Source of the DNA: Clostridia bacterium | Lineage (GTDB): Bacteria > Bacillota > Clostridia > Christensenellales > UBA1242 | Assembly: GCA_017467585.1 (NCBI GenBank) | Contig: JAFUSR010000004.1 | Coordinates: 141,918-205,917 of the forward strand | Reading direction: 5' to 3' | Length of the DNA: 64,000 nt | Shown here: positions 28,492-38,256 of the stretch, one piece after another | Numbering within the stretch: position 1 is the stretch's first letter | Layout: the number at the start of each line of letters is the position of its first letter | Notes under the pieces: model-generated | Told to the model about the DNA's origin: nothing | Database searches by the model: none | What the model saw: the letters and a program-made list of their open reading frames with translations, nothing else | Program-made: the position numbers and the translations under genes

Positions 28492-29322
28492 CTAAACAGC
28501 GACTTCAATTTTATATTTCTTTTCGCAACACTTATAGTCAACAAGTTTAAAACTGTCAACAGTAAAGTCATAAAAATTTTTGATAGATTTGTCAATTTCC
28601 AGCCTTGGGGCTTTATATTGTTTGTGCTTTAAAATTTCTTTAACAAGAGGAATATGTCTGTCGTAGATGTGTGCGTCGGCAATTACGTGAACAAACTCGC
28701 CAACTTCAAGTCCAGAAACTTGAGCCATCATGTGAACCAAAATTGCATATTGGCAAACGTTCCAGTTGTTGGCGGTTAGCATGTCTTGTGAGCGTTGGTT
28801 TAAAATGGCGTTTAGTTTTCCACCAGAGACGTTAAAGGTCATTGAATATGCGCAAGGGTAGAGGCCCATTTCGCTTAGGTCGTGGTGGTTATAAATGTTT
28901 GTGATTATGCGTCTTGATGATGGATTGTTTTTTAAGTCGTAGAGAACACGGTCAACTTGGTCGAACATTCCCTCAGCATATTTGTGTTTAACTCCAAGTT
29001 GATAGCCATAGGCCTTTCCGATTGTTCCATTTTCGTCTGCCCAACTGTCCCAAACGTGGCTGTGAAGGTCTTTAATGTTGTTGCTCTTTTTTTGCCATAT
29101 CCAAAGAAGCTCGTCGATGCAATTTTTAAATGCTGTTTTTCGAATTGTCATAATTGGAAATTCTTTAGACAGGTCGTAGCGGTTGACAACACAGAATTTT
29201 TTTATGGTGTGGGCTGGGGTTCCGTCGAGCCATTTTGGACGAACCTTTTGGTCGGTATCCCAAACGCCGTGTTTTAAAATTTCTTTGCAGTTTTTAACAA
29301 AATATTTATCTGCTATGCTCAC
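28492..29322 (-). CDS. thyA: thymidylate synthase (ThyA type)
   Basis: ..YPCAYSMTF.. active-site Cys region and DAHIYDRH motif. Confidence 0.9.
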   Translation of the reverse strand: MSIADKYFVKNCKEILKHGVWDTDQKVRPKWLDGTPAHTIKKFCVVNRYDLSKEFPIMTIRKTAFKNCIDELLWIWQKKSNNIKDLHSHVWDSWADENGTIGKAYGYQLGVKHKYAEGMFDQVDRVLYDLKNNPSSRRIITNIYNHHDLSEMGLYPCAYSMTFNVSGGKLNAILNQRSQDMLTANNWNVCQYAILVHMMAQVSGLEVGEFVHVIADAHIYDRHIPLVKEILKHKQYKAPRLEIDKSIKNFYDFTVDSFKLVDYKCCEKKYKIEVAV

Positions 29323-30184
29323 TGTTTTTTTCCTTCATTTTTTCTTGTTCTTTTGCAAGTGTTAATGTGTTAGATAATAACATTGCTATTGTCATTGGGC
29401 CAACGCCGCCAGGCACGGGGGTTATGTAGCTACACTTTGGAGCAACGGAACTATAGTCAACGTCGCCTACAATTCCGTTTTCTGTTCGGTTTATGCCAAC
29501 ATCAATAACCACTGCACCTGTTTTAACCATGTTTGGTGTAACAAAGTTTGGTTTTCCGATTGCAACAATCAAAATGTCGGCTTGGCTTGCAATTTGATCC
29601 AAATTTTGTGTTTTTGAGTGACAAATTGTGACTGTTGCGTTTGCTTGTTCGAGTAAGTTTGCAACGCTTTTTCCAACGAGCAAGCTGCGTCCAATAACAA
29701 CGGCACGCTTGCCAGAAATTTCTATTTGTTTATCTTTTAAAAGTTCCATAATTCCACTGGCCGTGCATGGGGCTATGGTGTGGGTTTTTGAGAAGAGTTT
29801 TCCAAGACAAATATCAGTAAGCGCGTCGGCATCTTTTTGTGGTGGAATAGAGTTCAAAATTTTGCGTTCATTTAGCCCACGAGGGAGTGGGAGTTGCAAA
29901 AGTATTGCAGAAACACTATTGTCTGCAGCAAGTTCTTTTATGCAAGATTCAACTTCTTGCTCTGTTGAATTTGCAGGCAAAACCCTGATTATTGAGCCCA
30001 TGCCTACGGCCCTGCAAGCCTTTTCTTTGCTTGCAACATAAATCTTGCTGGCAGGGTCGTCACCAACGAGAACACAAGCAAGGGCTGGGGGTTGTTTTCC
30101 CTTTTCCAAATAGTCTGTTGCGATTTGTTCTGCAATTTTGTTTTTGAGCCTTGCAGACAGCTCTTTGCCATTTAATATTTCCAT
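29306..30184 (-). CDS. folD: bifunctional methylene-THF dehydrogenase / methenyl-THF cyclohydrolase
   Basis: VGRSLLVGKSVANLL and PGGVGPMTIAMLL motifs. Start placed at ATG 30184 (MEILNGKELS); the ORF track used TTG 30232. The 3' end overlaps thyA by 17 nt. Confidence 0.9.
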   Translation of the reverse strand: MEILNGKELSARLKNKIAEQIATDYLEKGKQPPALACVLVGDDPASKIYVASKEKACRAVGMGSIIRVLPANSTEQEVESCIKELAADNSVSAILLQLPLPRGLNERKILNSIPPQKDADALTDICLGKLFSKTHTIAPCTASGIMELLKDKQIEISGKRAVVIGRSLLVGKSVANLLEQANATVTICHSKTQNLDQIASQADILIVAIGKPNFVTPNMVKTGAVVIDVGINRTENGIVGDVDYSSVAPKCSYITPVPGGVGPMTIAMLLSNTLTLAKEQEKMKEKNSEHSR

Positions 30185-30283
30185 AATTTTATGATAATAA
30201 ATTCTCTCCCCTTGTGTCAAATTTTTGAGCAAGTGTAATAGAAAATTTTAAAAAAGAGTGGATTTATCCACTCTTAATTATTT

Positions 30284-32530
30284 TTACAAATTCTCATCTG
30301 GCTCTTCTTCAATTTCGTTGTAAGAAGTGTTGTTGCTTGCTGGAACGAGTTGTGGTTCACCATTTTTCAACAGTTCGTTTGTTGAGCCGTTGATTGTGTT
30401 AAACGCAAGCATTGTTACCACAATGTGGTCGCTTGCCGTTCCTTCGCCTTGTGTTAAAATTTCTTGAACAGAAGGGCATGTTTGGTCGGCAAGGGTTGCT
30501 TTGCCACCAGCAATATTTATTGTTGAAGATTGGCTATATCCTTCTGAGTTGTCAACAACAATTGCAGCACCTGTTGAAACAAAACTATTGGCTGAATATT
30601 CAGGAGCTTTCTTTAATCCAGTTGCGTTAAAACTGCAGTTAGAAAACAGAATTGTGCCAGATTTAATATAAACGCTAGAATAACCACTAAATGTGCATGC
30701 GGTTGCTGAAAAGCTGTCGTTTGATGCTAAAAATGCTGCTGTTCCAGTGGCGTCGGGATCTGTGGTTGTGGAAACAAATTCACTGCTCGACAACGTAATT
30801 GAACCGCCGCTTTTTCTTGCTGTTCCACAGAGTGGAACAAGATGGCTTGCTACGTGAGCATTTTGAATGGTGATAGAAAGGCCTTTCCAACTTGAATAAG
30901 AAATTGCATATGGTTCAGCAGAGCTTGAAACGAGTTCTACTGTGTTAGCATCAATTCTGTTGTATGTTCCAAAATAACCATCGCGAATTGTTAAAACAAG
31001 TCTGTCAGAATCTAAATCGTTTTCACTTGAAAGTGATAGGTTTTTAATTCTTAAAATATGGCCATTTAAATCAAAGACGATGTTTGCAAGAGAGTTGTCA
31101 ACTTTTATTTCATATTCTTTTGTTGGTTCAATTATGTCGGTAAGAAGTTTGATTGTTTCAACGTTGTCGATAGAATCTTGTGCAATGGCACTTCTGAGCG
31201 CAGAACCAAATGTTGTGTAGTTTACGTCGTTAAGTTGAACAACAGGATTGATGAAATATGTTTGTGAACCGGTTTTGCCTTCATAATTTTCGGTTTCTTC
31301 GATTTGAAATTTTATGACGAAATTGCCAGTTTCAATTTCTGTTTGTGTTGGGGTGTAACGATTGTTTGCAATAACATTGTTGTTAGAGTCTAACAAAACA
31401 TAGGTGTACTCGCTTGGCAAATCAATATAGGTTGAGTCTATCGAGTTTGAGACTAAAAGTGAAAAGTCATAATAATCTTTAAGGTCAACAAAAGAAAAGT
31501 CGTCCAATCTTTCGCCACTTTCTGCAAGGGCCACGTTCCAATAAGGGAAGCCCGCTTTTTTAAATATAACGTTAATTTCGAGTTCGTCTGAAACGTCTGT
31601 CAATGTGTAGTTTTTGCTTGAAAACACAACAGTTTGAACCTCACCATCTTCGTCTGTTATTGCAACAGAAGTTGTTGGCTCTTTCCAGTTGAATGTTCCA
31701 TAAATTTCAAGGTCTGGGCCTGTGTAACGATTGTCTTTTGCGAGTGTTATTTTTGAGGCAAGAGAATAACCCGCAAGTGTTGTGTTTTGAGGGTTGAATT
31801 CATAAGTTATGTTGTTTACATCGACATAATATCTGCCTGCAAGGCTTGTTTTTGTTACAACAAATTCAGAGGAGTTGGTTGTGTATTCCTTATAGTTTGC
31901 GATGCTGAGCGATGCATAAACTCTATATTTGCCAACTTCAAAACCATAAGAGGTGAAGAAAGTTTCGGTGTCGCAGTCTTCAAATTGTTGTTTTGTGAGT
32001 GTTGAATGGTCGGCCCAAACAGGTTCGCCATCTTCAATAATTTCTTTTTGAAAATGATAGTCAATGCTGGCTTTGTTTGAAAGCCCGTCTAGTGTGATGT
32101 TTGGTTTTTCATTTAAAAACTGAACGGAGTTTTTGCATGACAGAGTAACTGTTGTTGGATAGTCGGCAGGGTTGACAATTACTGTTGCTGTTGACGACAA
32201 ACTCCTATAAGAGATTTTTAGGTTATATCTTCCAACAGATGGAGTTAAAAGATCTAAGGTTGGGTCGGCGGTGCTGTTGATTGTTTCAAATGTAAAACCA
32301 TTTGGGTTTTCGTTTGTTTTTAGCGACAACAATTCTGTTTCGCCATTAGGGTGAACAAGTGTCACATTAAGAGCATTTATGTTTACAGGTTCACCATAGG
32401 TCAGAGTGAGAACATGATCATCAAGTTCGAGTTTGTCGGGATCAGAATTTTTGTTGCACGCAGCAAGGCCCAAACATAGTGGGAGACACAAAATTGATAA
32501 CAAAACAAACATTACAAACTTATTTTTCAT
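30284..32530 (-). CDS. large surface lipoprotein (748 aa), Ig-like N-terminal part and beta-helix-like C-terminal part
   Basis: Lipobox LGLAAC. Repetitive Ser/Thr/Asn-rich beta-type segments. Confidence 0.7.
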   Translation of the reverse strand: MKNKFVMFVLLSILCLPLCLGLAACNKNSDPDKLELDDHVLTLTYGEPVNINALNVTLVHPNGETELLSLKTNENPNGFTFETINSTADPTLDLLTPSVGRYNLKISYRSLSSTATVIVNPADYPTTVTLSCKNSVQFLNEKPNITLDGLSNKASIDYHFQKEIIEDGEPVWADHSTLTKQQFEDCDTETFFTSYGFEVGKYRVYASLSIANYKEYTTNSSEFVVTKTSLAGRYYVDVNNITYEFNPQNTTLAGYSLASKITLAKDNRYTGPDLEIYGTFNWKEPTTSVAITDEDGEVQTVVFSSKNYTLTDVSDELEINVIFKKAGFPYWNVALAESGERLDDFSFVDLKDYYDFSLLVSNSIDSTYIDLPSEYTYVLLDSNNNVIANNRYTPTQTEIETGNFVIKFQIEETENYEGKTGSQTYFINPVVQLNDVNYTTFGSALRSAIAQDSIDNVETIKLLTDIIEPTKEYEIKVDNSLANIVFDLNGHILRIKNLSLSSENDLDSDRLVLTIRDGYFGTYNRIDANTVELVSSSAEPYAISYSSWKGLSITIQNAHVASHLVPLCGTARKSGGSITLSSSEFVSTTTDPDATGTAAFLASNDSFSATACTFSGYSSVYIKSGTILFSNCSFNATGLKKAPEYSANSFVSTGAAIVVDNSEGYSQSSTINIAGGKATLADQTCPSVQEILTQGEGTASDHIVVTMLAFNTINGSTNELLKNGEPQLVPASNNTSYNEIEEEPDENL

Positions 32531-32628
32531 AACTTTCTCCGATGGTATAAAATATTCTTATTTTATAGTCTGCATATATATTATCAAAAAAATGTTTGGT
32601 TCTGCAACTTTATTTTTGATGTATGCAC

Positions 32629-32660
32629 AAAAAAAATGACCGGCGGCGGTCATTTTGTGT
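32629..32660. terminator. bidirectional terminator
   Basis: ATGACCG-GCGG-CGGTCAT with an A-run and a T-run. Confidence 0.75.
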
Positions 32661-32662
32661 TT

Positions 32663-34087
32663 TTAATATTGAATTCCCCAAATCACGTGGTGTTTGGCAG
32701 GTTTTCCGCAGACAACGCATTTTCCGGTGATGAGTGGGGCGTGTTCGTCGATGCAACGAGATTTTGTTCCACGAATTTCTTTTATTCTTGCTTCACACTC
32801 TGGGTTTCCACACCAATCAGCATGAACAAATCCAGGGGTTGTGTTCATTGTTTTTTCAAATTCTTCGAGGGTTTTAACAAAATATGTCATTTTGTCTCTT
32901 CTTGCTGTTGCACGAGCAAGCAAGTTTCCTTGAATTGCAGTGAGCAGATTTTCTACTTCGCGAACAACATTTGCATCTTTAGAAATTTGGAATTTTTCTT
33001 TGGTGTCTCTTCTGGCGAGTGTTATTTGTCCGTTTTCTAAATCGCGTTTTCCTATTTCAATTCTAACAGGAACACCAAGCACTTCAGCCTCGGCAAATTT
33101 AAAGCCTGGGCTGCGCTCAGTTTTGTCAATTTCGGCAGAAATTCCTGCTTTTTGAAGCGTTTTTTCATAATTTTCGGCTAAATTTGCGATTTCTGGGTCG
33201 TCACCAATAGGAATAATGCGAACTTGAAGTGGGGCAATGTTTGGAGGAAGAACAAGGCCGTCGTCGTCGCTGTGAACCATAATTAGCGCACCAATCATTC
33301 TGGTTGTTACTCCCCACGATGTTTGATAAGCATATTCCCAGTTGTTATCTTTGTTCAAAAATTTAATGTCATAGGCCTTTGAGAATTTTTGGCCAAAATA
33401 GTGGCTTGTTCCTGATTGAAGAGAAACACCATTATACATCAATGCTTCAACGGTTAGAGTATATTCTGCTCCAGCAAATTTTTCTTTTTCGGTTTTTCTT
33501 CCGGTGATTACAGGAATTGCAAGATAGTCACGGAAGAATTTTTCGTAAACGCCCAGCATGTTTTTTGTTTCTGCTTCGGCTTCGGCTGCTGTTGCATGAA
33601 CCGTGTGTCCTTCTTGCCACAAAAATTCGCGTGAACGCAAGAATGGGCGAGTTTCTTTTTCCCATCTCATAACATTTGCCCATTGGTTATATTTTAGTGG
33701 CAAATCACGATAAGATTTAACCACATTTGAATAGTAGTCAGAAAAGAGTGTTTCGCTTGTTGGACGAATGCACATTTTTTCTTCAAGCTCTTTGCTTCCA
33801 CCAATGGTTACCCAAGCAGCTTCTGGGGCAAAGCCCTCAATTAGTTCTCCTTCTTTTTGCATAAGGCTTTCTGGAATAAGAACGGGCATATAAACGTTTT
33901 TGTGTCCAGTCTCTTTAAACATTTTGTCGAGAGTTGACTGCATCTTTTCCCAAATTGCATAGCCGTTTGGTTCGATAACTAAGCAACCTTTAACCTTTGA
34001 GTAACTAGAAAGGTGAGCTGCGTTAACGACGTCGGTATACCACTGAGCAAAATCCAAATCTCGAGATGTAATTTTTTTGTTAGCCAT
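32663..34087 (-). CDS. proS: prolyl-tRNA synthetase (short, archaeal/eukaryote-like type with C-terminal zinc domain)
   Basis: Class II motifs. C-terminal CGNPECE..CVVCGKPAKHHVIWGIQY. Confidence 0.92.
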   Translation of the reverse strand: MANKKITSRDLDFAQWYTDVVNAAHLSSYSKVKGCLVIEPNGYAIWEKMQSTLDKMFKETGHKNVYMPVLIPESLMQKEGELIEGFAPEAAWVTIGGSKELEEKMCIRPTSETLFSDYYSNVVKSYRDLPLKYNQWANVMRWEKETRPFLRSREFLWQEGHTVHATAAEAEAETKNMLGVYEKFFRDYLAIPVITGRKTEKEKFAGAEYTLTVEALMYNGVSLQSGTSHYFGQKFSKAYDIKFLNKDNNWEYAYQTSWGVTTRMIGALIMVHSDDDGLVLPPNIAPLQVRIIPIGDDPEIANLAENYEKTLQKAGISAEIDKTERSPGFKFAEAEVLGVPVRIEIGKRDLENGQITLARRDTKEKFQISKDANVVREVENLLTAIQGNLLARATARRDKMTYFVKTLEEFEKTMNTTPGFVHADWCGNPECEARIKEIRGTKSRCIDEHAPLITGKCVVCGKPAKHHVIWGIQY

Positions 34088-34237
34088 GGTTTTCTCCTTG
34101 TTTTATGGCAGTATTGTAGCACAATGCTGTAATTATCGCAACTTGATTTTTAAAACTTTTGCAAAATTTGGCAACTTGTGTTTTTGTTTGACGATTTTGC
34201 TCAAAAAATATATAATAATCAAGCAAAGAGGATATTT

Positions 34238-34975
34238 ATGTTTTGGCAAGAGTATGGCAAAAATGAAATTTTGGTAATGATGCTATCACTGTTGGTTATG
34301 GTTGGCATCACTTTTTTGCTATGGCTGTTTTTGCACAAAAAGGATAGAAAAACTAGAAATATTCCGCTTGTTGTGATCACTGTTCTATTGCTCGGTCTTG
34401 AAATTGCAAAGCAGGTTGTAAGCCTGTGCGAGCCAACATACGATTACTATGCAATTCCCATGCACTTTTGCAGTTTGTTTTTATATTTCTTTCCACTCGC
34501 TGTTTTCTTTAAAGGAAAAGTTCAACGATTTGGTTTAACCATGTCGCTTGTGTGTTCGGCATGGCTGTTTGTGCTTCTTTATTGGAACCCATGTCCAATT
34601 ATTGGTTTTTCGCCAACGCATGTTTTTGAAAATTTTTCTAATTTTCATACATTTATTTATCATCATCTCGCAGTGCTATTTTCGCTTGTCAGCCTGAGTT
34701 TAAACATGTATAATATAGATAAGTGGAGTTTTCTTCATGTTATAATAGGTATAAGTGTTTACGCCGCAATTGCCATTCCACTTTCGTATGCTGTTAACGT
34801 CAATTTTTGCAATCTTCTTGAAAGCAACATTCCGTTTATGGAAAACTTTAGGCAAAGTGCAGGGCAAGTTGTTTATTTGATTTGCATGTGGCTTATTGGA
34901 ATTGGTGGCGGATTTGTTGTTTGCGGTGGATATATTGTAATTAAAAAATTAGTAACACTCAAAATCAAAAAATAA
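34238..34975 (+). CDS. YwaF/TMEM164-family integral membrane protein
   Basis: Multi-pass membrane protein. Start moved to ATG 34238 (AAAGAGGA SD). Confidence 0.6.
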   Translation: MFWQEYGKNEILVMMLSLLVMVGITFLLWLFLHKKDRKTRNIPLVVITVLLLGLEIAKQVVSLCEPTYDYYAIPMHFCSLFLYFFPLAVFFKGKVQRFGLTMSLVCSAWLFVLLYWNPCPIIGFSPTHVFENFSNFHTFIYHHLAVLFSLVSLSLNMYNIDKWSFLHVIIGISVYAAIAIPLSYAVNVNFCNLLESNIPFMENFRQSAGQVVYLICMWLIGIGGGFVVCGGYIVIKKLVTLKIKK

Positions 34976-35032
34976 AGTTGGTTTTTTGTGAACATAAGTT
35001 CACTGAAAATAAAAACAAAAGGAGAAAAATAA

Positions 35033-35884
35033 ATGGAAGGAATTGTAAATTTCTTTTGGGCAACTTGGGAACAGAGAACAGACTATGGTGCGTTTCACCT
35101 TATCAGCCTTGGAATTATGGTTGCGCTCATTGTTCTTGTTTGCTTAACATGCAGAAAGAGTCGTCTTTCTGACAAGGCTTTTAGAATTATTTCAATTGTT
35201 GTTGGAGTTTTGCTTATTTTGTTTGAAGCATACAAACAAATTGTGTTTGCTTATGACCCAGCAACAGGAAAGTGGGATTATCCTTGGCATGCGTTTCCAT
35301 TTCAATTCTGCTCAACACCAATGTATATCATTTTGCTTGCTGGAATAGCAAAACCAGGCAAATTTCAAGAGTGGTGCTGCGACTTTTTGGGCACATTTGG
35401 ACTGCTTGCCGGACTTTTGGTTATGGCAATGCCAGGAGATGTCTTTCACACAACAAGCGTTGGCGTTTCGATTCAAACAATGTTCCATCACGGCATGATG
35501 GTTGTTATTGGAATTTTTGTTTGGGTAAGCGGACGTGCAAAACCAAAATTCTCTTCTGCGTTTAAAGCACTTGCTGTTTTTGCGGTTTGTGTTGCGATTG
35601 CCTTTGCTTTAAACGAGATAGTTGTTGCTACTGGTGCAAACCAAGGTGAATATTTTAACTGCTTCTATATCAGCCGTCACTTCAATAGCACACTTCCAGT
35701 GTTTAAAGACATTCAACCACAAGTTCCTTATGTTGCATTTGTGCTTATCTATTTTGCAGGATTTGCCATTGGTGCAATGATTATGACACTAATTGCAATG
35801 GCAATCGCTTGGCTCTGCCGCAAGATTGCTAACCGCGGCGTGGATGACGACACGCATGTTAACGGAACAAGGATAAAATATTAA
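35033..35884 (+). CDS. YwaF/TMEM164-family integral membrane protein (tandem paralog)
   Basis: Multi-pass membrane protein. AGGAGA SD. Confidence 0.6.
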   Translation: MEGIVNFFWATWEQRTDYGAFHLISLGIMVALIVLVCLTCRKSRLSDKAFRIISIVVGVLLILFEAYKQIVFAYDPATGKWDYPWHAFPFQFCSTPMYIILLAGIAKPGKFQEWCCDFLGTFGLLAGLLVMAMPGDVFHTTSVGVSIQTMFHHGMMVVIGIFVWVSGRAKPKFSSAFKALAVFAVCVAIAFALNEIVVATGANQGEYFNCFYISRHFNSTLPVFKDIQPQVPYVAFVLIYFAGFAIGAMIMTLIAMAIAWLCRKIANRGVDDDTHVNGTRIKY

Positions 35885-35899
35885 TAAATTTTACGCAAA

Positions 35900-35930
35900 A
35901 GAAAACCACGGTTTGTCCGTGGTTTTTTGT
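35900..35930. terminator. bidirectional terminator
   Basis: AAAACCACGG-TTTGT-CCGTGGTTTT. Confidence 0.8.
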
Positions 35931-35934
35931 TTGT

Positions 35935-37197
35935 TTATCTTCTCATGTTTGAAATGGCAGAGAGCAGGGCAATTTTGCTATATTCATAAGAAATTCCGCC
36001 CTGCATGTAGGCTGTGTATGGTGCAATAACAGGGGCATCGCAGGTGATTTCGATGGTTGAACCTTGAGTGAAGGTTCCTGCTGCCATAACTTCTTCGTGT
36101 GGGTAACCCGGAAATTCACTTGGAATTGGGGTTACAAAACTATCGATTGGACTTGCTTTTTGAAGACCTTGACAGAATTTTGTTAAAGCTTCTTCGCTGC
36201 CAGAGTCGAAAGTTTGAACAATGTCGGTTCTGATTTGGTCAAATTTTGGAGAGATGTTTTTGTAGCCCAATTTGTTTAACATATAACTTAAAAACATTGC
36301 GGACTTGACCGCATTTAAAACTGTTTGTGGAGAGAGATACAATCCTTTTAAAAACTTTATTGATTGGTTATAGTTTGCGCCAAGATCTTTGCCAATGCAT
36401 GGGGCAGTTAGTCGCTCTGCAACCTCGGCTACATACTTTTCTTTTCCGGCAATATAGCCACCACTGGTTGCAATTCCGCCACCAAGATTGTGCATAAGGC
36501 TTCCGGCCATTATGTCGGCGCCAACATCAGTCGGTTCTAGTTTTTCAACCATTTCGCCGTAGCAGTTGTCGACCATAACAATGACATTTTTGTCAATGGC
36601 TTTTATGGCTTTGGTTATTTCACCGATTTGAGAGACAGAAATTCCCTCTCTGTGAGAATATCCACGAGAGCGTTGAATTTCAACCATAGAAACGCCGCCC
36701 TTTTTTATGCGGTCGGTTATTTTTTGTGTGTCAAAATTGCCATCTGGCAAAAGTTCAATTTGTTCATATTTAACGCCATTGTTTTTGAGAGACTGCTTGC
36801 TGTTTCCGGTTATTCCAACAATGTTGCAGAGTGGGTCATAAGGTGTTCCGGTTATTGAAACAAGTGTGTCGCCTGGGTGAAGAAGGCCAGAGAGGGTCAG
36901 CCAAATTGCGTTTGTTCCGCTCATGATGTGTGGGCGCACTAACGCATCTTCTGCGCCAAGCGCCTGAGCAAAAACTCGTTCAATTTTGTCTCTGCTTGGG
37001 TCGAAAAATCCATAGCCGTTGATTTCTTCAAAATCTTGATATGCAACACGGTTATCTATGAAGGCCTTTAAAACCTTTTTGCTGTTCTCGGCGCAGACTT
37101 CCTCGGCTTTTTTAAAATATGGTGCAAGATCAACTTCGGCTTGCTCAGCAAGTGCACGCAAGTTTCCATCTATTGCTAGTTCGTCTAAAATGTCCAT
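35935..37197 (-). CDS. PLP-dependent YnbB / aluminium-resistance (Met_gamma_lyase family) protein
   Basis: ..INGYGFFDPSRDKIERVFAQALGAEDALVRPHIMSGTNAI.. family pattern. Start moved to ATG 37197 (TAGGAGT SD). Confidence 0.8.
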   Translation of the reverse strand: MDILDELAIDGNLRALAEQAEVDLAPYFKKAEEVCAENSKKVLKAFIDNRVAYQDFEEINGYGFFDPSRDKIERVFAQALGAEDALVRPHIMSGTNAIWLTLSGLLHPGDTLVSITGTPYDPLCNIVGITGNSKQSLKNNGVKYEQIELLPDGNFDTQKITDRIKKGGVSMVEIQRSRGYSHREGISVSQIGEITKAIKAIDKNVIVMVDNCYGEMVEKLEPTDVGADIMAGSLMHNLGGGIATSGGYIAGKEKYVAEVAERLTAPCIGKDLGANYNQSIKFLKGLYLSPQTVLNAVKSAMFLSYMLNKLGYKNISPKFDQIRTDIVQTFDSGSEEALTKFCQGLQKASPIDSFVTPIPSEFPGYPHEEVMAAGTFTQGSTIEITCDAPVIAPYTAYMQGGISYEYSKIALLSAISNMRR

Positions 37198-37266
37198 AAA
37201 AACTCCTAAATATGCTAGTATTTTAGCAAATATCGCCAAAAAAGTCTATAGATTTTGTGGGGAATA

Positions 37267-37295
37267 TTGACATTTTGCGGTGGCGGGCATATAAT
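37267..37295 (+). promoter_or_regulatory. consensus sigma-A promoter of pnuC
   Basis: TTGACA-17 nt-TATAAT. Confidence 0.7.
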
Positions 37296-37318
37296 TGGTT
37301 GAGTTTTTAGAGGGAAAA

Positions 37319-38119
37319 ATGGAAAATACTTTACAAAAAAAAGAAAATGTTTTTAAGCGTCTGTGGAACTATTTTACCACTTATGAGATTGCTTATTTTG
37401 AGATTATTGTTGCGGCAGCACTAATTTTGGCAATTTTGTTGCCAGAAGAAGATGCCAATGGCGTTAGCGGAATTTGGATAACAATTCTTTATCTATTAGA
37501 TGTTATTCTTGCCATGCTTTGTGAGCTTCTTACCAGCAAACAGAGCAGATGGAGCTTTTTTATTTATAATTTTGTCGAACTTATTGAAATTGCAACCATG
37601 ATTATCTTGCGTGCAAGATTTGCGAGCATGGCTGTTGCAATATTCTTCTGGATTCCTGCGCACACTGCGGGCTTTATTAACTGGAGCAAGCACAAAGACG
37701 ACAAAGACAAAAATGTTACTGTTGTTCGCTCAATGAAGTGGTGGCAGAGCCTGCTCATGTGGGTTGCAATTGCTGCTTGGACAGTTGGAATTGGTTATGT
37801 TATGGCGGCCTTCAGCCCAGAGACAGACTTTTTCTCTAATGATGCAACACTTAAAGCGGTTGCCTATATGGACGCCTGCTTAAGTGCAATTTCTATTGCT
37901 GATGGAATTACTGTGTTCTTCCGTGTTAAAGAAACATGGCTTGTTTGGTATATTTATCTTGCAATAGAAACAGCTGTTAACATCATCACTGGACAGTGGA
38001 TTTTGCTTGTGCTGAAATTTGGATATCTCACAAACACGACCTATGGTTACACCAAGTGGACAAAGTATATTAAAGACCGTCGCGAACGCGGAGTTATGGA
38101 TCAGTCGACACTGTTTTAA
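37319..38119 (+). CDS. pnuC: nicotinamide riboside transporter PnuC-like
   Basis: Seven- to eight-TM Trp-rich protein of PnuC length and pattern. Start moved to ATG 37319. Confidence 0.7.
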   Translation: MENTLQKKENVFKRLWNYFTTYEIAYFEIIVAAALILAILLPEEDANGVSGIWITILYLLDVILAMLCELLTSKQSRWSFFIYNFVELIEIATMIILRARFASMAVAIFFWIPAHTAGFINWSKHKDDKDKNVTVVRSMKWWQSLLMWVAIAAWTVGIGYVMAAFSPETDFFSNDATLKAVAYMDACLSAISIADGITVFFRVKETWLVWYIYLAIETAVNIITGQWILLVLKFGYLTNTTYGYTKWTKYIKDRRERGVMDQSTLF

Positions 38120-38131
38120 TTGAACACAAAC

Positions 38132-38165
38132 AAAAAACCAACCAAAAAAGGTTGGTTTTTTTATT
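38132..38165 (+). terminator. intrinsic terminator
   Basis: AAACCAACC-AAAAAA-GGTTGGTTT followed by a T-run. Confidence 0.75.
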
Positions 38166-38256
38166 ACTCTTTTTCGCAAAAAGAGTTTAATTTGTTTTGA
38201 AAAGTTGTCTAAAATTGATATACTATAGTCATTAAAATGAAAAAAGGGGAGCAAAA

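Noticed and set aside
34088-34237. T-box leaders upstream of the aaRS genes (proS here, also gltX at 4305-4375 and hisS at 59219-59220)
   Set aside because: The available upstream regions are 150 nt (shared with a divergent promoter), about 70 nt and 2 nt. No T-box consensus or terminator/antiterminator arrangement was seen.
37240-37318. NAD+/pnuC-motif riboswitch upstream of pnuC
   Set aside because: The consensus promoter ends at 37295, which leaves a leader of only about 20 nt. That is too short for any riboswitch aptamer.
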